A DNA stretch of 45,140 bases from a virus (IMGVR_UViG_3300032242_002100:1-45140); one strand, 5' to 3'. Positions 26,174-35,239 are shown, counted from the first letter of the stretch. Program-made: numbers and translations. Notes: generated from the sequence alone by a model not told the origin.

Positions 26174-26923
26174 ATGAACCCCTTTGAACGATACGGCATC
26201 GAACACCTTTCCCCGTCGTCCTGTAACTTGTTTGTCTCCTCACCTGCGGCGTTCGTTATGTCAAAATGCTTTGGCATCCGTTCACCCGTGGGCGCTGCGG
26301 CACATAGGGGGACGTCTGTGGAATCCGGTATTGTCCACTGCCTTTTGACCGGCGAACCGATTGCCGAGGGGGTGAAAGTCGCAAATAAGCAATTTGCGTC
26401 ACTTGCCGCTTTGACTGGCGACCCCCGTAAAGAGAAAGAGGCGGCTGCTGTCCCTGAAATGGTCGCCATGGGGGTCAAGGAACTTGAGGGCTACGGGAAG
26501 CCGTCGTCCACCCAAGGCAAGATTGAATACCGCGTTGAGGGGCTTCTGGTCCCGATGATCGGTTTTTATGACCTGGAGTGGGAAGACCATGGCGTCCTGA
26601 CGGACATTAAGACAACCCACGCTTTACCGTCAAAGATATCCACGAACCACGCCCGTCAGGTTGCCCTTTACGTGGCCGCACGCGGCGACAATCTGGATGC
26701 GCGGGTAACTTACGTGACACCCAAGAAGTCGGCCACTTACGCCATTGAGAACAAGCGTGAACACGTTCGTTCTCTTGAGCGTATTGCTCTGACAATTCAA
26801 AGATTTTTAGGAATTAGTGACGATCCAAAGGAATTGGCGTCACTGGTCGTCCCCGACGTTGATTCGTATTTGTTTGCCGACCCTGTGTCGCGCCAACAGA
26901 CGTATGAGATTTGGGGATTGTAA
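26174..26923 (+). CDS. PD-(D/E)XK nuclease (Cas4/RecB-like)
   Basis: HLSPSS, RGTSVE, GFYDL, DIKTT, QVALY. Confidence 0.85.
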   Translation: MNPFERYGIEHLSPSSCNLFVSSPAAFVMSKCFGIRSPVGAAAHRGTSVESGIVHCLLTGEPIAEGVKVANKQFASLAALTGDPRKEKEAAAVPEMVAMGVKELEGYGKPSSTQGKIEYRVEGLLVPMIGFYDLEWEDHGVLTDIKTTHALPSKISTNHARQVALYVAARGDNLDARVTYVTPKKSATYAIENKREHVRSLERIALTIQRFLGISDDPKELASLVVPDVDSYLFADPVSRQQTYEIWGL

Positions 26924-26973
26924 GGCAAGGGGCTGGCCAAACAGCCTCATAACCGTAGTAAGGAAACTGTAAA

Positions 26974-27630
26974 ATGGCACTTGGTCTTAATCTTTCGGCG
27001 AACGCCGGTGGCGCTAATTTTCTCCCAATTGTAAAGTTTGATGCACGTTCAGGCCGGATTTTCCGTCGTGATCGCGCCAACGGGGAAAATACCGATGTTG
27101 ATATTACAAAGAGCTTTAAAGCCGTATTTGATTTTGAAAATATCGAAGTTGGTTGGATTGATTTCAACACGGGTGGCGCACCGCACTTTGCGATGGCCCC
27201 TCACGGTGAAATTACGCCTGAAAAGCCAACTGAGGCGCATAAAGAGGGCATTCGTTGCGTTGTTAAGCTGGCACCTTCATGTGGCGGTGACATTCGTGAA
27301 ATTGCCTCAAATGCCAAAGCCTTCTTGCGCGGCATTGAACAGCTCCATGATGACTATGTGGCTGGGGCAAAGAAAAACCCTGGTAAGCTGCCAGTTGTGG
27401 AACTTGCGGATACTGTCGCCATCACAAGTGGCGAAGGCGCACGCAAGTCAACAAACTACAGCCCCGTGTTTGAGATCACCGGATGGGTCAAGCGCCCAGA
27501 AGGTATGAACGATCACGGTCACGCCGCTACGCCTGCGGCAACCGAACGTGCCGCACCTCCGGCAACGGGTTCAAGCCGCGTGTCTGCACCTGCAAAGAAA
27601 GAAGTTGCGGACGACGAAGACTTTGGATGA
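26974..27630 (+). CDS. Putative ssDNA-binding protein
   Basis: Follows the nuclease; beta-rich core, flexible linker, acidic DDEDFG tail; AAGGA SD; followed by a hairpin. Confidence 0.6.
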   Translation: MALGLNLSANAGGANFLPIVKFDARSGRIFRRDRANGENTDVDITKSFKAVFDFENIEVGWIDFNTGGAPHFAMAPHGEITPEKPTEAHKEGIRCVVKLAPSCGGDIREIASNAKAFLRGIEQLHDDYVAGAKKNPGKLPVVELADTVAITSGEGARKSTNYSPVFEITGWVKRPEGMNDHGHAATPAATERAAPPATGSSRVSAPAKKEVADDEDFG

Positions 27631-27639
27631 TATGAAATA

Positions 27640-27663
27640 GGGGGTGGCCTTCGGGCCGCCCTC
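27640..27663 (+). terminator. Hairpin / terminator
   Basis: GGGGGTGGCC-TTCG-GGCCGCCCTC. Confidence 0.6.
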
Positions 27664-27679
27664 GCTTATGGAGAATACA

Positions 27680-27937
27680 GTGAGATTCCTTTTGACGATG
27701 AATATGCCCGTTCGTTCGGGAGCCCTTATCCACCAAGTGATGTGCGAATATCCAAAGGCAGCGTCATTGGATGACTTTGTTGAAGCGTTGGAATCCAACG
27801 ACTTTCTGATCGTCGAAGAGTTTTACAAGGACGTGCAATCGGGATCTTATTACAGCGCCGGTATGATTGCGATCAATCACAGGCATATTGGTAAAATACG
27901 CGCTATTAATGAGAAAAACCCGCAGTTTAGAGACTGA
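27680..27937 (+). CDS. Hypothetical protein
   Basis: GGAGA SD then GTG. Confidence 0.65.
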   Translation: MRFLLTMNMPVRSGALIHQVMCEYPKAASLDDFVEALESNDFLIVEEFYKDVQSGSYYSAGMIAINHRHIGKIRAINEKNPQFRD

Positions 27938-27938
27938 C

Positions 27939-28238
27939 ATGAAACTATTGAATGAAAGAGAAAAGACACATGGGCCATACAGCGAGGTAGCCAAAATGTC
28001 CCAGAAACTGAAAGCCATATTGCGTCGTGGCAAGAAGTGGGACGACTTGAGTGACGCGCAAAAAGAATCCCTTGAAATGATTGCGTCGAAAATCGCACGT
28101 GCATTGTCAGGGGAACCAAATGAGCCGGATCATTGGATTGATATTTCCGGTTATTCACAACTTATTGTTAACGAATTAGAGGATAATACAGATGTTGGAT
28201 CAAGCACAAACACAGAATCAGACACAGAATGGGCATGA
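27939..28238 (+). CDS. DUF6378-like protein
   Basis: LNEREKTHG...KIARALSG...DHWIDISGY. Confidence 0.75.
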   Translation: MKLLNEREKTHGPYSEVAKMSQKLKAILRRGKKWDDLSDAQKESLEMIASKIARALSGEPNEPDHWIDISGYSQLIVNELEDNTDVGSSTNTESDTEWA

Positions 28239-29013
28239 CGAGATTGATTACAAAGCACGTAATCAAGAAATTAAAAGATTACATCAGTCAGGAGTTTCGG
28301 AAGAGGAACTTGTTGCCAAGTTTGGCATCAGCCCAGCCCGCGTGTGGCAAATTGTGACGGACTGGAAAAGCCCATCAAGCCAAAGAAGGAAAGCATTGAA
28401 TAAAAAGATTGAAGATATGGAGTTTTCAGTCAGAACAAAAAATGCTCTTTTGAATAACAATATTAAAAAGATTTCGGATCTTCTTCCATGGACCGAGCGT
28501 GATCTTCTTCGCATGCCAAACTTTGGTCGCAAAAGCCTGAACGAAATGAAAGAAGTTTTGGAATACATGGGTATTCAGCTTAAAGTTAAAGAAGATAATG
28601 GAAACATTGGCTACGACATTACGCGCAATGCGATAGATAAATATTTGTCCCCCCGCGCCAGTGTATTATTCAATAAAAAGTATGTTATTGGCCCCAATGA
28701 ACGTGCGTCAAATAGCCCTCAAATTACTGGTTCCGTTAAAACTCGATATGAAGATGGGCTAACAAATGACGGAACCATAGTGAAGGCGGATCAGGAAGAC
28801 ATTGCCATCAATACGCACGTTCACGCTCTTCTTGTGAAGGAAAATGAGCGTTTGAAGAAGAATATTGGCACAATGCGCGACGTTTTGAAGGAAGTGAACG
28901 CCCGCCAGCAGGAAGACAGCGACAAGCTGATTGAGTTGCTGGAACACATCAAGGCCAACAGCATTAAGCGCAATGATCGGTTGGTAGAGATCCTGAAGCA
29001 ATATCAGTATTGA
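28192..29013 (+). CDS. HTH plus RNA polymerase alpha-CTD plus coiled-coil protein
   Basis: RNQEI...FGISPARVWQIV HTH; IEDMEFSVRTKNAL...PNFGRKSLNEMKEVL alpha-CTD; GAGG SD. Confidence 0.85.
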   Translation: MLDQAQTQNQTQNGHDEIDYKARNQEIKRLHQSGVSEEELVAKFGISPARVWQIVTDWKSPSSQRRKALNKKIEDMEFSVRTKNALLNNNIKKISDLLPWTERDLLRMPNFGRKSLNEMKEVLEYMGIQLKVKEDNGNIGYDITRNAIDKYLSPRASVLFNKKYVIGPNERASNSPQITGSVKTRYEDGLTNDGTIVKADQEDIAINTHVHALLVKENERLKKNIGTMRDVLKEVNARQQEDSDKLIELLEHIKANSIKRNDRLVEILKQYQY

Positions 29014-29038
29014 CGGATGCCCAAATCGGGCGTACCGT
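29010..29038 (+). promoter_or_regulatory. Sigma70 promoter
   Basis: TTGACG-17 bp-TACCGT. Confidence 0.6.
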
Positions 29039-29042
29039 TTTC

Positions 29043-29115
29043 ATGTTTAGCGGCTCCTTCCTCCCAAGCCTCTGACATTCGGTGACTTACCTCGGCCTTC
29101 GGGCCGGGGACTTTT
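29043..29115 (+). ncRNA. Candidate small RNA with an anti-Shine-Dalgarno loop
   Basis: Hairpin with CCTTCCTCCCA loop, then CCTCGGCC-TTCG-GGCCGGGG-ACTTTT terminator; has its own promoter. Confidence 0.55.
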
Positions 29116-29136
29116 ATCAAACTTATTGAATTACAT

Positions 29137-29385
29137 ATGGAGATGAACATGACGATCAATTGGATTGGTCCGTATCCTATCGTTGAAGACCAGAAGCGTT
29201 ATGCTGACGACATCACGGTGCAGGAGCTTGTGCGGCTGCGCGTTGAGAATGAACGCTATCGGTCGGCGTTGAAAGAAATTCAAAAGATATGTGCCAGCGA
29301 CGCCGCAGAAGTGAAGCCATTGCACGCCATCATTGACTGCCTTCAAGAGTCCAGCGTTGCTCTCAATCCGGAGGATTATGCGTGA
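29137..29385 (+). CDS. Hypothetical protein
   Basis: 82 aa, coiled-coil; the start may be 29149 (GGAG SD). Confidence 0.6.
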   Translation: MEMNMTINWIGPYPIVEDQKRYADDITVQELVRLRVENERYRSALKEIQKICASDAAEVKPLHAIIDCLQESSVALNPEDYA

Positions 29386-29645
29386 TGGATATTGCACAAC
29401 GCTTGGCACAGTGGGCCGAGAACGATATGCGGGCAGAATCGGTTGCTCTTGAAGCAAAAGACGAGATTGAGCGGTTGCGGGAAGCGTTGAAAAAACTTTC
29501 ATGTAATTGCGCCTCAAATTGCGATTTGGAAAGTGATGATATTTGCCCGTCGTGGATTGCCCGTGCCGCACTAAAGGGAGATGGGCCAATCAACGAAGCT
29601 CAAATACTGGCGACGAATAGGTACGAGAGCGAAGGGAGAAATTGA
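29382..29645 (+). CDS. Hypothetical protein with a Cys cluster
   Basis: GGAGG SD; EAKDEIERLREAL, CNC...C...CP. Confidence 0.65.
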   Translation: MMDIAQRLAQWAENDMRAESVALEAKDEIERLREALKKLSCNCASNCDLESDDICPSWIARAALKGDGPINEAQILATNRYESEGRN

Positions 29646-29827
29646 TGGAAACGGTAATACTCCAAATTGCGGCAGTAATACTTTCATGCGGCGTCGCGTT
29701 TATTGGCGGATACATTTACCAAATTAATGAATCAACAAATGCCTTGACCCACATGAGCAGCATTATTGAGCAGCAGGACGCGCACATAGACTGGCTGCAA
29801 ACGCGCTTAAAGAAATACGAAGTGTAA
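29642..29827 (+). CDS. Small membrane-anchored protein
   Basis: N-terminal hydrophobic helix; GGGAG SD. Confidence 0.6.
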   Translation: MMETVILQIAAVILSCGVAFIGGYIYQINESTNALTHMSSIIEQQDAHIDWLQTRLKKYEV

Positions 29828-29927
29828 CCACAAAGCCACACTCAGGCTTGTCAAGACGAGACAGGAGGTTCTTATCTGTTATGTTGACCACGTCGAGGTC
29901 GTCTCGGCGCAATTACGGAGAAGCACG

Positions 29928-30323
29928 ATGAAAGTATTGATATTATGTACCATCATGGCCGCAACACCAGTTTTGGCTCAAGACGCAAATGCCCTTCTGA
30001 CCTTGGCGGCCAACAGACACGGAATAGATCCCGCAATCGTACATGCCATAGCAGAAGTTGAGAGCGGAAAGCGTTGCGGACTTAAAGACGGGCCTCACAG
30101 AGGCATTATGCAAGTCAGCCGAGGGGCGGCAGAGGAAGTGGGAATGGCGTGGCCTCCACGGTCTTGCGAAGACGAAATTGAAACAGGTATAAGATATTTG
30201 GAATTGGCCCTGAAGCGTGGCGGTATTGGATGCCAAGGGGTAACTTTATACAATACGGGTATTAATGCCCGCCCTCATTGCTCCGGATACGGTCAAAAGG
30301 TCATGCGAGAAAAAAGGAAATAG
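29928..30323 (+). CDS. SLT-domain lytic transglycosylase with a signal peptide
   Basis: AIAEVES, GIMQV, GIRYL, YNTG; N-terminal MKVLILCTIMAATPVLA. Confidence 0.85.
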   Translation: MKVLILCTIMAATPVLAQDANALLTLAANRHGIDPAIVHAIAEVESGKRCGLKDGPHRGIMQVSRGAAEEVGMAWPPRSCEDEIETGIRYLELALKRGGIGCQGVTLYNTGINARPHCSGYGQKVMREKRK

Positions 30324-30328
30324 GGATC

Positions 30329-30604
30329 ATGAAGCGTTGGTATAAACCCGAAGAAACAGTTCAATTGGCGTGTCCTTTGTCTGTCGGTCAGGCGGAATCC
30401 GGACGTTATACGTATTGCGTGTCCGAAAAGTGCATGGCTTGGACATGGATGACAACTGAACTTGACGAAGAAACCATTGATGAGAATGACGATGTCCCTG
30501 TTGGCTGGAAGGTAAACAGTGAACCCTTTAAGGTTGGAAAGAAGACAATGGTCAAAATCATCAAAGTGCCAACCTATGGGCGTTGTGGCATGGTTTTGTC
30601 CTGA
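30329..30604 (+). CDS. Cys-rich hypothetical protein
   Basis: CP...C...CMAW...GRCG. Confidence 0.65.
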   Translation: MKRWYKPEETVQLACPLSVGQAESGRYTYCVSEKCMAWTWMTTELDEETIDENDDVPVGWKVNSEPFKVGKKTMVKIIKVPTYGRCGMVLS

Positions 30605-30615
30605 TTGTCATACTT

Positions 30616-30644
30616 TTGAAATCGGAGGCATTTAAAGGTATAAT
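30616..30644 (+). promoter_or_regulatory. Sigma70 promoter
   Basis: TTGAAA-17 bp-TATAAT. Confidence 0.7.
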
Positions 30645-30689
30645 GACAAAGTGCGATGGGCACGCCCTGACTACAAGAAAGGACGTATT

Positions 30690-30935
30690 ATGCCAGAAGT
30701 CATAGATTTCAAATCGCGCAAACGTGAGCCTGAACAAGCATCTGAAAGTGGTAATGTGCCAAATTGGCTACAGGGCATTTCCTCAGATGAATATGTCTCC
30801 AAAATGGTGTCTGGTATTGTCATTCTTTGGAATGATGAAGAGGAAATTTCACAAATTCATACGATCAACTTAACCAGCGTCGACCTTCTGTGGTATTCAG
30901 AAATACTTCGTCAGCAAGCAATGGATGGTGAATAA
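30690..30935 (+). CDS. Hypothetical protein
   Basis: AAGGA SD; MPEVIDFK start. Confidence 0.65.
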   Translation: MPEVIDFKSRKREPEQASESGNVPNWLQGISSDEYVSKMVSGIVILWNDEEEISQIHTINLTSVDLLWYSEILRQQAMDGE

Positions 30936-31225
30936 TGCACTGGAATTATCGTGTCATAAAATCCGTACCTAACGAGCAGGACATCATTCAAGGTTTTGAT
31001 GAAGTCACTTACGCCGTGCATGAAGTTTTCTATGACGATGACAATGAAATTCAAGGATGGTCAGAAGATCCGGCATCGCCATTTGGCACAGAAGTCAGTG
31101 AAATCATTGGCGACGTGTTTTACATCCTTGATGCGTTTGACAAACCAATCTGCCTTCTTCAGGAAGGCGACCTGACGGAGACAGACCAATACATAAATAT
31201 TGAAATTGTTAAGATGGATTCTTAA
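30935..31225 (+). CDS. Acidic phage protein (WNYRV...HEVFY type)
   Basis: TAATG coupling; 96 aa. Confidence 0.7.
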   Translation: MHWNYRVIKSVPNEQDIIQGFDEVTYAVHEVFYDDDNEIQGWSEDPASPFGTEVSEIIGDVFYILDAFDKPICLLQEGDLTETDQYINIEIVKMDS

Positions 31226-32154
31226 AAGACATACTCGCCACGAAAAACTGGCCGACCTCTGACCATTTCGCATATCTCTGGCGGAAGCATTTCACCCGTT
31301 TCGTCAAAAGTAATGACAACAAAGCCTTGCTGCCAGCGCGACGGCTGTCCTTCTGTGTATTCAAACTGCGGACCAAACGGGTCGTTCATCATGCCCAATT
31401 CAACGCCCCAACGTGTGCCATTGCGGTCACGGACGGCGGTCAATTGAAGTTGATGCGTGTGGCCTGAAATCAAATTTACGCCACTGTGTAGCGAATTGTT
31501 ATATGCGGCGTGAATGCCAGACCGAAACCTGTGTCTTACTTCCGTGCCATTGATGTTGACGGCGTAAGAAAATTTCCATTCCGGAAACTTGTTGCGCATA
31601 CTGCCGACGTAATCGTCAAGTTCACTTGCCTGGCTGATCAAATAGTTATCAACGCGGATATCGTGGTTGCCAACTGTCCACATTTTGTATTGCGCCTTTG
31701 GAAGCATTTTAAACCACTTCAGGGCGGTTTCTATTTCCTTATCAACCTTCGGTGCTTTACTACCCATAATTGAGCCGTGGCGTGAGACCCTTGCGCCATC
31801 AATAACATCGCCATTCATGACGATGCCATCTACTTTTAACTTCTTGGCAAGTTTAACAAATGCTTGGTAAATGAGCGGCGGTTCACCCGTCCATATGTGA
31901 AGGTCAGAACCAATAATCCATACGGTATCGGGAGCATCTATCCTGATCATCTTCGGGTATGACCAAGTATGATAGTGTTTATATGTATCAGGGATGCCGT
32001 TTGGAAATCTTTTATTCGCTTCGTGCAAACGACTTTGGAAAGTTGATTTCGGGACATTGATTGAATCAGCGGCATTCATTTGATGACCACCGAAAGCTTC
32101 ATAGATACGTAATGTTTCAATAAGAACTTCATCTGGTAGTGGTCTGGTCGCCAT
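31222..32154 (-). CDS. Calcineurin-like metallophosphoesterase with an N-terminal HTH
   Basis: SDLH, NGD, GNHD, GHTH motifs; AGGAG SD. Confidence 0.88.
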   Translation of the reverse strand: MATRPLPDEVLIETLRIYEAFGGHQMNAADSINVPKSTFQSRLHEANKRFPNGIPDTYKHYHTWSYPKMIRIDAPDTVWIIGSDLHIWTGEPPLIYQAFVKLAKKLKVDGIVMNGDVIDGARVSRHGSIMGSKAPKVDKEIETALKWFKMLPKAQYKMWTVGNHDIRVDNYLISQASELDDYVGSMRNKFPEWKFSYAVNINGTEVRHRFRSGIHAAYNNSLHSGVNLISGHTHQLQLTAVRDRNGTRWGVELGMMNDPFGPQFEYTEGQPSRWQQGFVVITFDETGEMLPPEICEMVRGRPVFRGEYVF

Positions 32155-32315
32155 TAAAAGCTCCTGTAATCATTGGTTATTTTTAACACATAAATCTTAT
32201 TAAGGAAAATAAGCATTAACAATAGTTTGTTACACAAATAAAACTGATGGACAAATCATATTTTATGAGCAAGGATAATTTTGCCGATATGGCTTTTATT
32301 ATTATGGAGAATGAT

Positions 32316-32618
32316 ATGTTTGAAATAGTGGGGTGGATATTAGTAATTGCGGTGATTGCGGTCATCGCTTGGTCTTCCTTTCTGGCCCTGACTGGAATCA
32401 GCCTGTTTCCGTCAATGGATGTTCAAGGGCTTGCACAGCACGACATGCGTTCAATTTCTGACTTCTTCGTTAAGTATTTTGACAAGTCATTTGTCATTTA
32501 TATGATGGCATTGAAGTATGCGCTTCCTATCCTCATTCCAATCTTTCTGTTTATTGACCCGAAAATATCAATAGGAATGGGGTTCCTCCTTCTTGCCGTT
32601 ATCATTGATAAATTGTGA
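32316..32618 (+). CDS. Membrane protein (2-3 TM segments)
   Basis: Hydrophobic segments; GGAGA SD before ATG 32316; AT-rich upstream region. Confidence 0.6.
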   Translation: MFEIVGWILVIAVIAVIAWSSFLALTGISLFPSMDVQGLAQHDMRSISDFFVKYFDKSFVIYMMALKYALPILIPIFLFIDPKISIGMGFLLLAVIIDKL

Positions 32619-32627
32619 GTTGGAATT

Positions 32628-32852
32628 ATGGAGAAGCGGGGGCCGTATAAAAAGAGATATGCAGTCCCCGCAAAGCAGCAGGGGCTAATGATCTGGCAAT
32701 TGAAACCATGGTCATGCCGATACATTATTGACACGCCGACACGTAAAGAAACCTTTTATTGCGGCGAGTTGGTTGCTCAAAGATCGTATTGCGCGATTCA
32801 CGCCGCCATTTGTTACAGGCCGTTTGATGAACAAGACGATGACGAGAATTGA
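32628..32852 (+). CDS. gcrA: GcrA C-terminal-domain-only protein
   Basis: L-x-x-x-x-CRYII...YCG...SYCAIH...CY matches the GcrA CCCH domain. Confidence 0.75.
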   Translation: MEKRGPYKKRYAVPAKQQGLMIWQLKPWSCRYIIDTPTRKETFYCGELVAQRSYCAIHAAICYRPFDEQDDDEN

Positions 32853-33048
32853 TCCGCCACTGCCACTTGAGACGCCGAAGGGCAAAGCAATGGCACACTT
32901 CATTATTGATTACGGGATTGAACACCATTTGATGTTCGTTTGTTTTCAAGACGAAACAGGCGAATGCTGGACGTGGCAAAACCCCGAAATCAGGATACAA
33001 AAAAACGCGACGGTCGGTCGCGTCTCTTTATCTATTATCGGAACATGA
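32839..33048 (+). CDS. Hypothetical phage protein
   Basis: IDPPLPLETPKG...IDYG...GECW; 3' part of ORF 32728-33048. Confidence 0.65.
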   Translation: MTRIDPPLPLETPKGKAMAHFIIDYGIEHHLMFVCFQDETGECWTWQNPEIRIQKNATVGRVSLSIIGT

Positions 33049-34669
33049 GGAAAAAGTTACCGCCTCCACTACTAGAAGCGGTAACATAAGTAATGACGAT
33101 GATACCCTGTGCGCCAGCGCCGCTAGGCCCAGTAAGACCTCCTCCAGCTCCACCGCCGCCGCCTCCACCACCGCCTCCATAAATACCGCCAGCACCTCCA
33201 CCATAACCTGTAGCGCCACAACAGTTATTAAATCCTCCTCCACCGCCGCCTCCACCCGATCCATATGTTGGGGAAAAAGAATATTCTGTTCCAGCGCTGC
33301 CAGCGCTGCCAATAGCTGAAGTACCGCCAGCACCGCCAGCGCCTCCAGAGCCAGCGTCTCCAGATCCCCCAGTCCCACCTGGTGAACCCGCTGGCACTGC
33401 ACCCGCACCACCAACATTCCCGGATCCGTTTTTACCGCCGCCACCACCGCCGCCGCCAGCCGCAGAATTACCAGCACCGCCGCTCCCCCCAGCAAATTTT
33501 GTTGTACCTGTTGATGCCGCAGTAGTGCCTCCTGCCCCAGCAGACGTACCGCTACCGGGAGATCCTCCTGCCGCGACAAGAGATGTGGTATTAAATGTTG
33601 TGTTACCTCCAGCAATGCCAATGGCACTAGAAGTTGAAGAACCGCCACCGCCAATTGTGTACGAAACAGATGCCCCAGGTGTTGCGGAAAAATTGTTTAT
33701 CTTTGCATAGGCTCCACCACCCCCACCACCGCCTCCGGATCCGGATCCGGACCCGCTACTTGCGCCACTTGCACCCCCACCAATACCTTCAATAGTATTG
33801 GCAGTACTGTCCCAATCGCTTGGTACAGTCCATGATGTTCCAGATGTTAAATATATATTTTTTGTCGTACCAGGCGCATATGTGATAACAATAAGACCCT
33901 GTTTGGCAACTCCGCCTGTTTGTAACGATGAACTACTTCCAGCAGCTCCACCGCCACCAGCGCCATACAACCCACCATTACCACCCGTTGCAGATGTAGC
34001 AGATACGGAACCACCGCCACCGCCACCGCTACCGTGGGTAGAGTCATATTCTGTACCGTTCCCGCCAACTCCAGCAGGTGTTCCTGATGTTCCTGCCGCT
34101 CCTCCAGATCCGTTATCACCCGCTCCGCCAGCACTAGCGGCTGTGGATGACGCGGCAGAGGCATTATTCCCCGCACCGTTTTGACCTGCCGCACCACCAC
34201 CACCAGATGCCGATACGTTCCCACCAGTATTTCCGCCGTTCCCACCACTAAATTTTGTTGTTCCAATGCCAGAAGCGGATGCTCCACCACTAGCTCCCGT
34301 AAGTGTACCGCTCGTAGATCCAAGTCCTCCGTTGCCACCTTTTGCGCCAACCGAAGATGCAGCTAAAGAAGCGCCATTAAACCACGTATCCCCACCGGCA
34401 TTACCGTTAATAAAAGATGCGCCAGTTAAAGTGACTCCTACACCCGCAGCGCCAATAGCATAAGTAACGGACCCTCCTGGAGTAAGAGCCAAATTTGTAA
34501 TTTTGGAATACGCACCACCTCCACCACCCGTAGCATTAACGGACCCACCCCCTGCTACTGCACCACCTCCACCCGCCCCAATACATTCAATAGTATTAAA
34601 CGTATTATTCCAATCGCTTGGCACGGTCCAAGACGTTCCTGAAGTAAGAAAAATACTGGTAGTTGCCAT
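33035..34669 (-). CDS. Glycine-rich adhesin / receptor-binding protein with two tandem domains
   Basis: Two copies of LTSGTSWTVPSDW...NTIE-x-IG ending in G-x-IVITY; polyglycine runs. Confidence 0.8.
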   Translation of the reverse strand: MATTSIFLTSGTSWTVPSDWNNTFNTIECIGAGGGGAVAGGGSVNATGGGGGAYSKITNLALTPGGSVTYAIGAAGVGVTLTGASFINGNAGGDTWFNGASLAASSVGAKGGNGGLGSTSGTLTGASGGASASGIGTTKFSGGNGGNTGGNVSASGGGGAAGQNGAGNNASAASSTAASAGGAGDNGSGGAAGTSGTPAGVGGNGTEYDSTHGSGGGGGGSVSATSATGGNGGLYGAGGGGAAGSSSSLQTGGVAKQGLIVITYAPGTTKNIYLTSGTSWTVPSDWDSTANTIEGIGGGASGASSGSGSGSGGGGGGGGAYAKINNFSATPGASVSYTIGGGGSSTSSAIGIAGGNTTFNTTSLVAAGGSPGSGTSAGAGGTTAASTGTTKFAGGSGGAGNSAAGGGGGGGGKNGSGNVGGAGAVPAGSPGGTGGSGDAGSGGAGGAGGTSAIGSAGSAGTEYSFSPTYGSGGGGGGGGFNNCCGATGYGGGAGGIYGGGGGGGGGGAGGGLTGPSGAGAQGIIVITYVTASSSGGGNFFLMFR

Positions 34670-34938
34670 TATAATACTTTCGGAGGTATTTGTTCTACAG
34701 TTGGAGCTCTATAGTCAGTAAATTCTAATGGCACATCATTTTCATCTGTAAATGCGCCATTAATATATTTTGATATTCCAATCTGTATATTTAAATACAG
34801 TGTAATATCTGGATAGTTTGCTGATTGTTGTTCGGGGATTTTAACAATGTGATTTGGAATTAAATCAATTTCATCAACAACAATGATGTTATCAACGACA
34901 TTTGTTTCTTGATTAATCCATGCAGCATTAAACGGCAT
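34669..34938 (-). CDS. Small tail-fibre-associated protein
   Basis: GGAGG SD; AWIN...VVDNIIV pattern; TAATG coupling. Confidence 0.6.
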   Translation of the reverse strand: MPFNAAWINQETNVVDNIIVVDEIDLIPNHIVKIPEQQSANYPDITLYLNIQIGISKYINGAFTDENDVPLEFTDYRAPTVEQIPPKVL

Positions 34939-35239
34939 CTTTTTCCTCCACAAAAACTTCGCCAGGAATGCCGGTCCCTTTAATGATATTTACGATGCGG
35001 CTGTTATCCTCCAAAGCGACAAACTCATGCCATTGCTCTGGCTCCCAATCAATTACGTCTCCGGCCAAAACGACGCGATCCCAGTTTTGACCACGGGCTG
35101 TAAATGATCCGCGTGCTACAACTGTGATATGGACATTATCTTCCGTATGCCAGTGCATTGGAAGAATGTCGCCCTTAAACGGAAAATCGTAAATCGTTCC
35201 ATATAATTTTCCAAATGATAGATTTTTTGACTGTAACAT
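34928..35239 (-). CDS. Cupin-fold protein
   Basis: PMHWH...HITVVARG...WHEFVALED. Confidence 0.8.
   Translation of the reverse strand: MLQSKNLSFGKLYGTIYDFPFKGDILPMHWHTEDNVHITVVARGSFTARGQNWDRVVLAGDVIDWEPEQWHEFVALEDNSRIVNIIKGTGIPGEVFVEEKDAV

Noticed and set aside
26159-26923. Cas4 of a CRISPR system
   Set aside because: A standalone phage PD-(D/E)XK nuclease; it lacks the C-terminal Cys cluster and has no cas neighbours
29828-29927. tRNA or structured RNA
   Set aside because: Only short pairings (CGAGAC/GTCTCG, GACC/GGTC); no T-loop or cloverleaf
32160-32240. CtrA boxes
   Set aside because: Several TTAA half-sites are present but none has the TTAA-N7-TTAA spacing
33035-34669. Diversity-generating retroelement TR/VR pair
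   Set aside because: The two copies are an in-frame protein duplication differing at all base types, and there is no reverse transcriptase in the window
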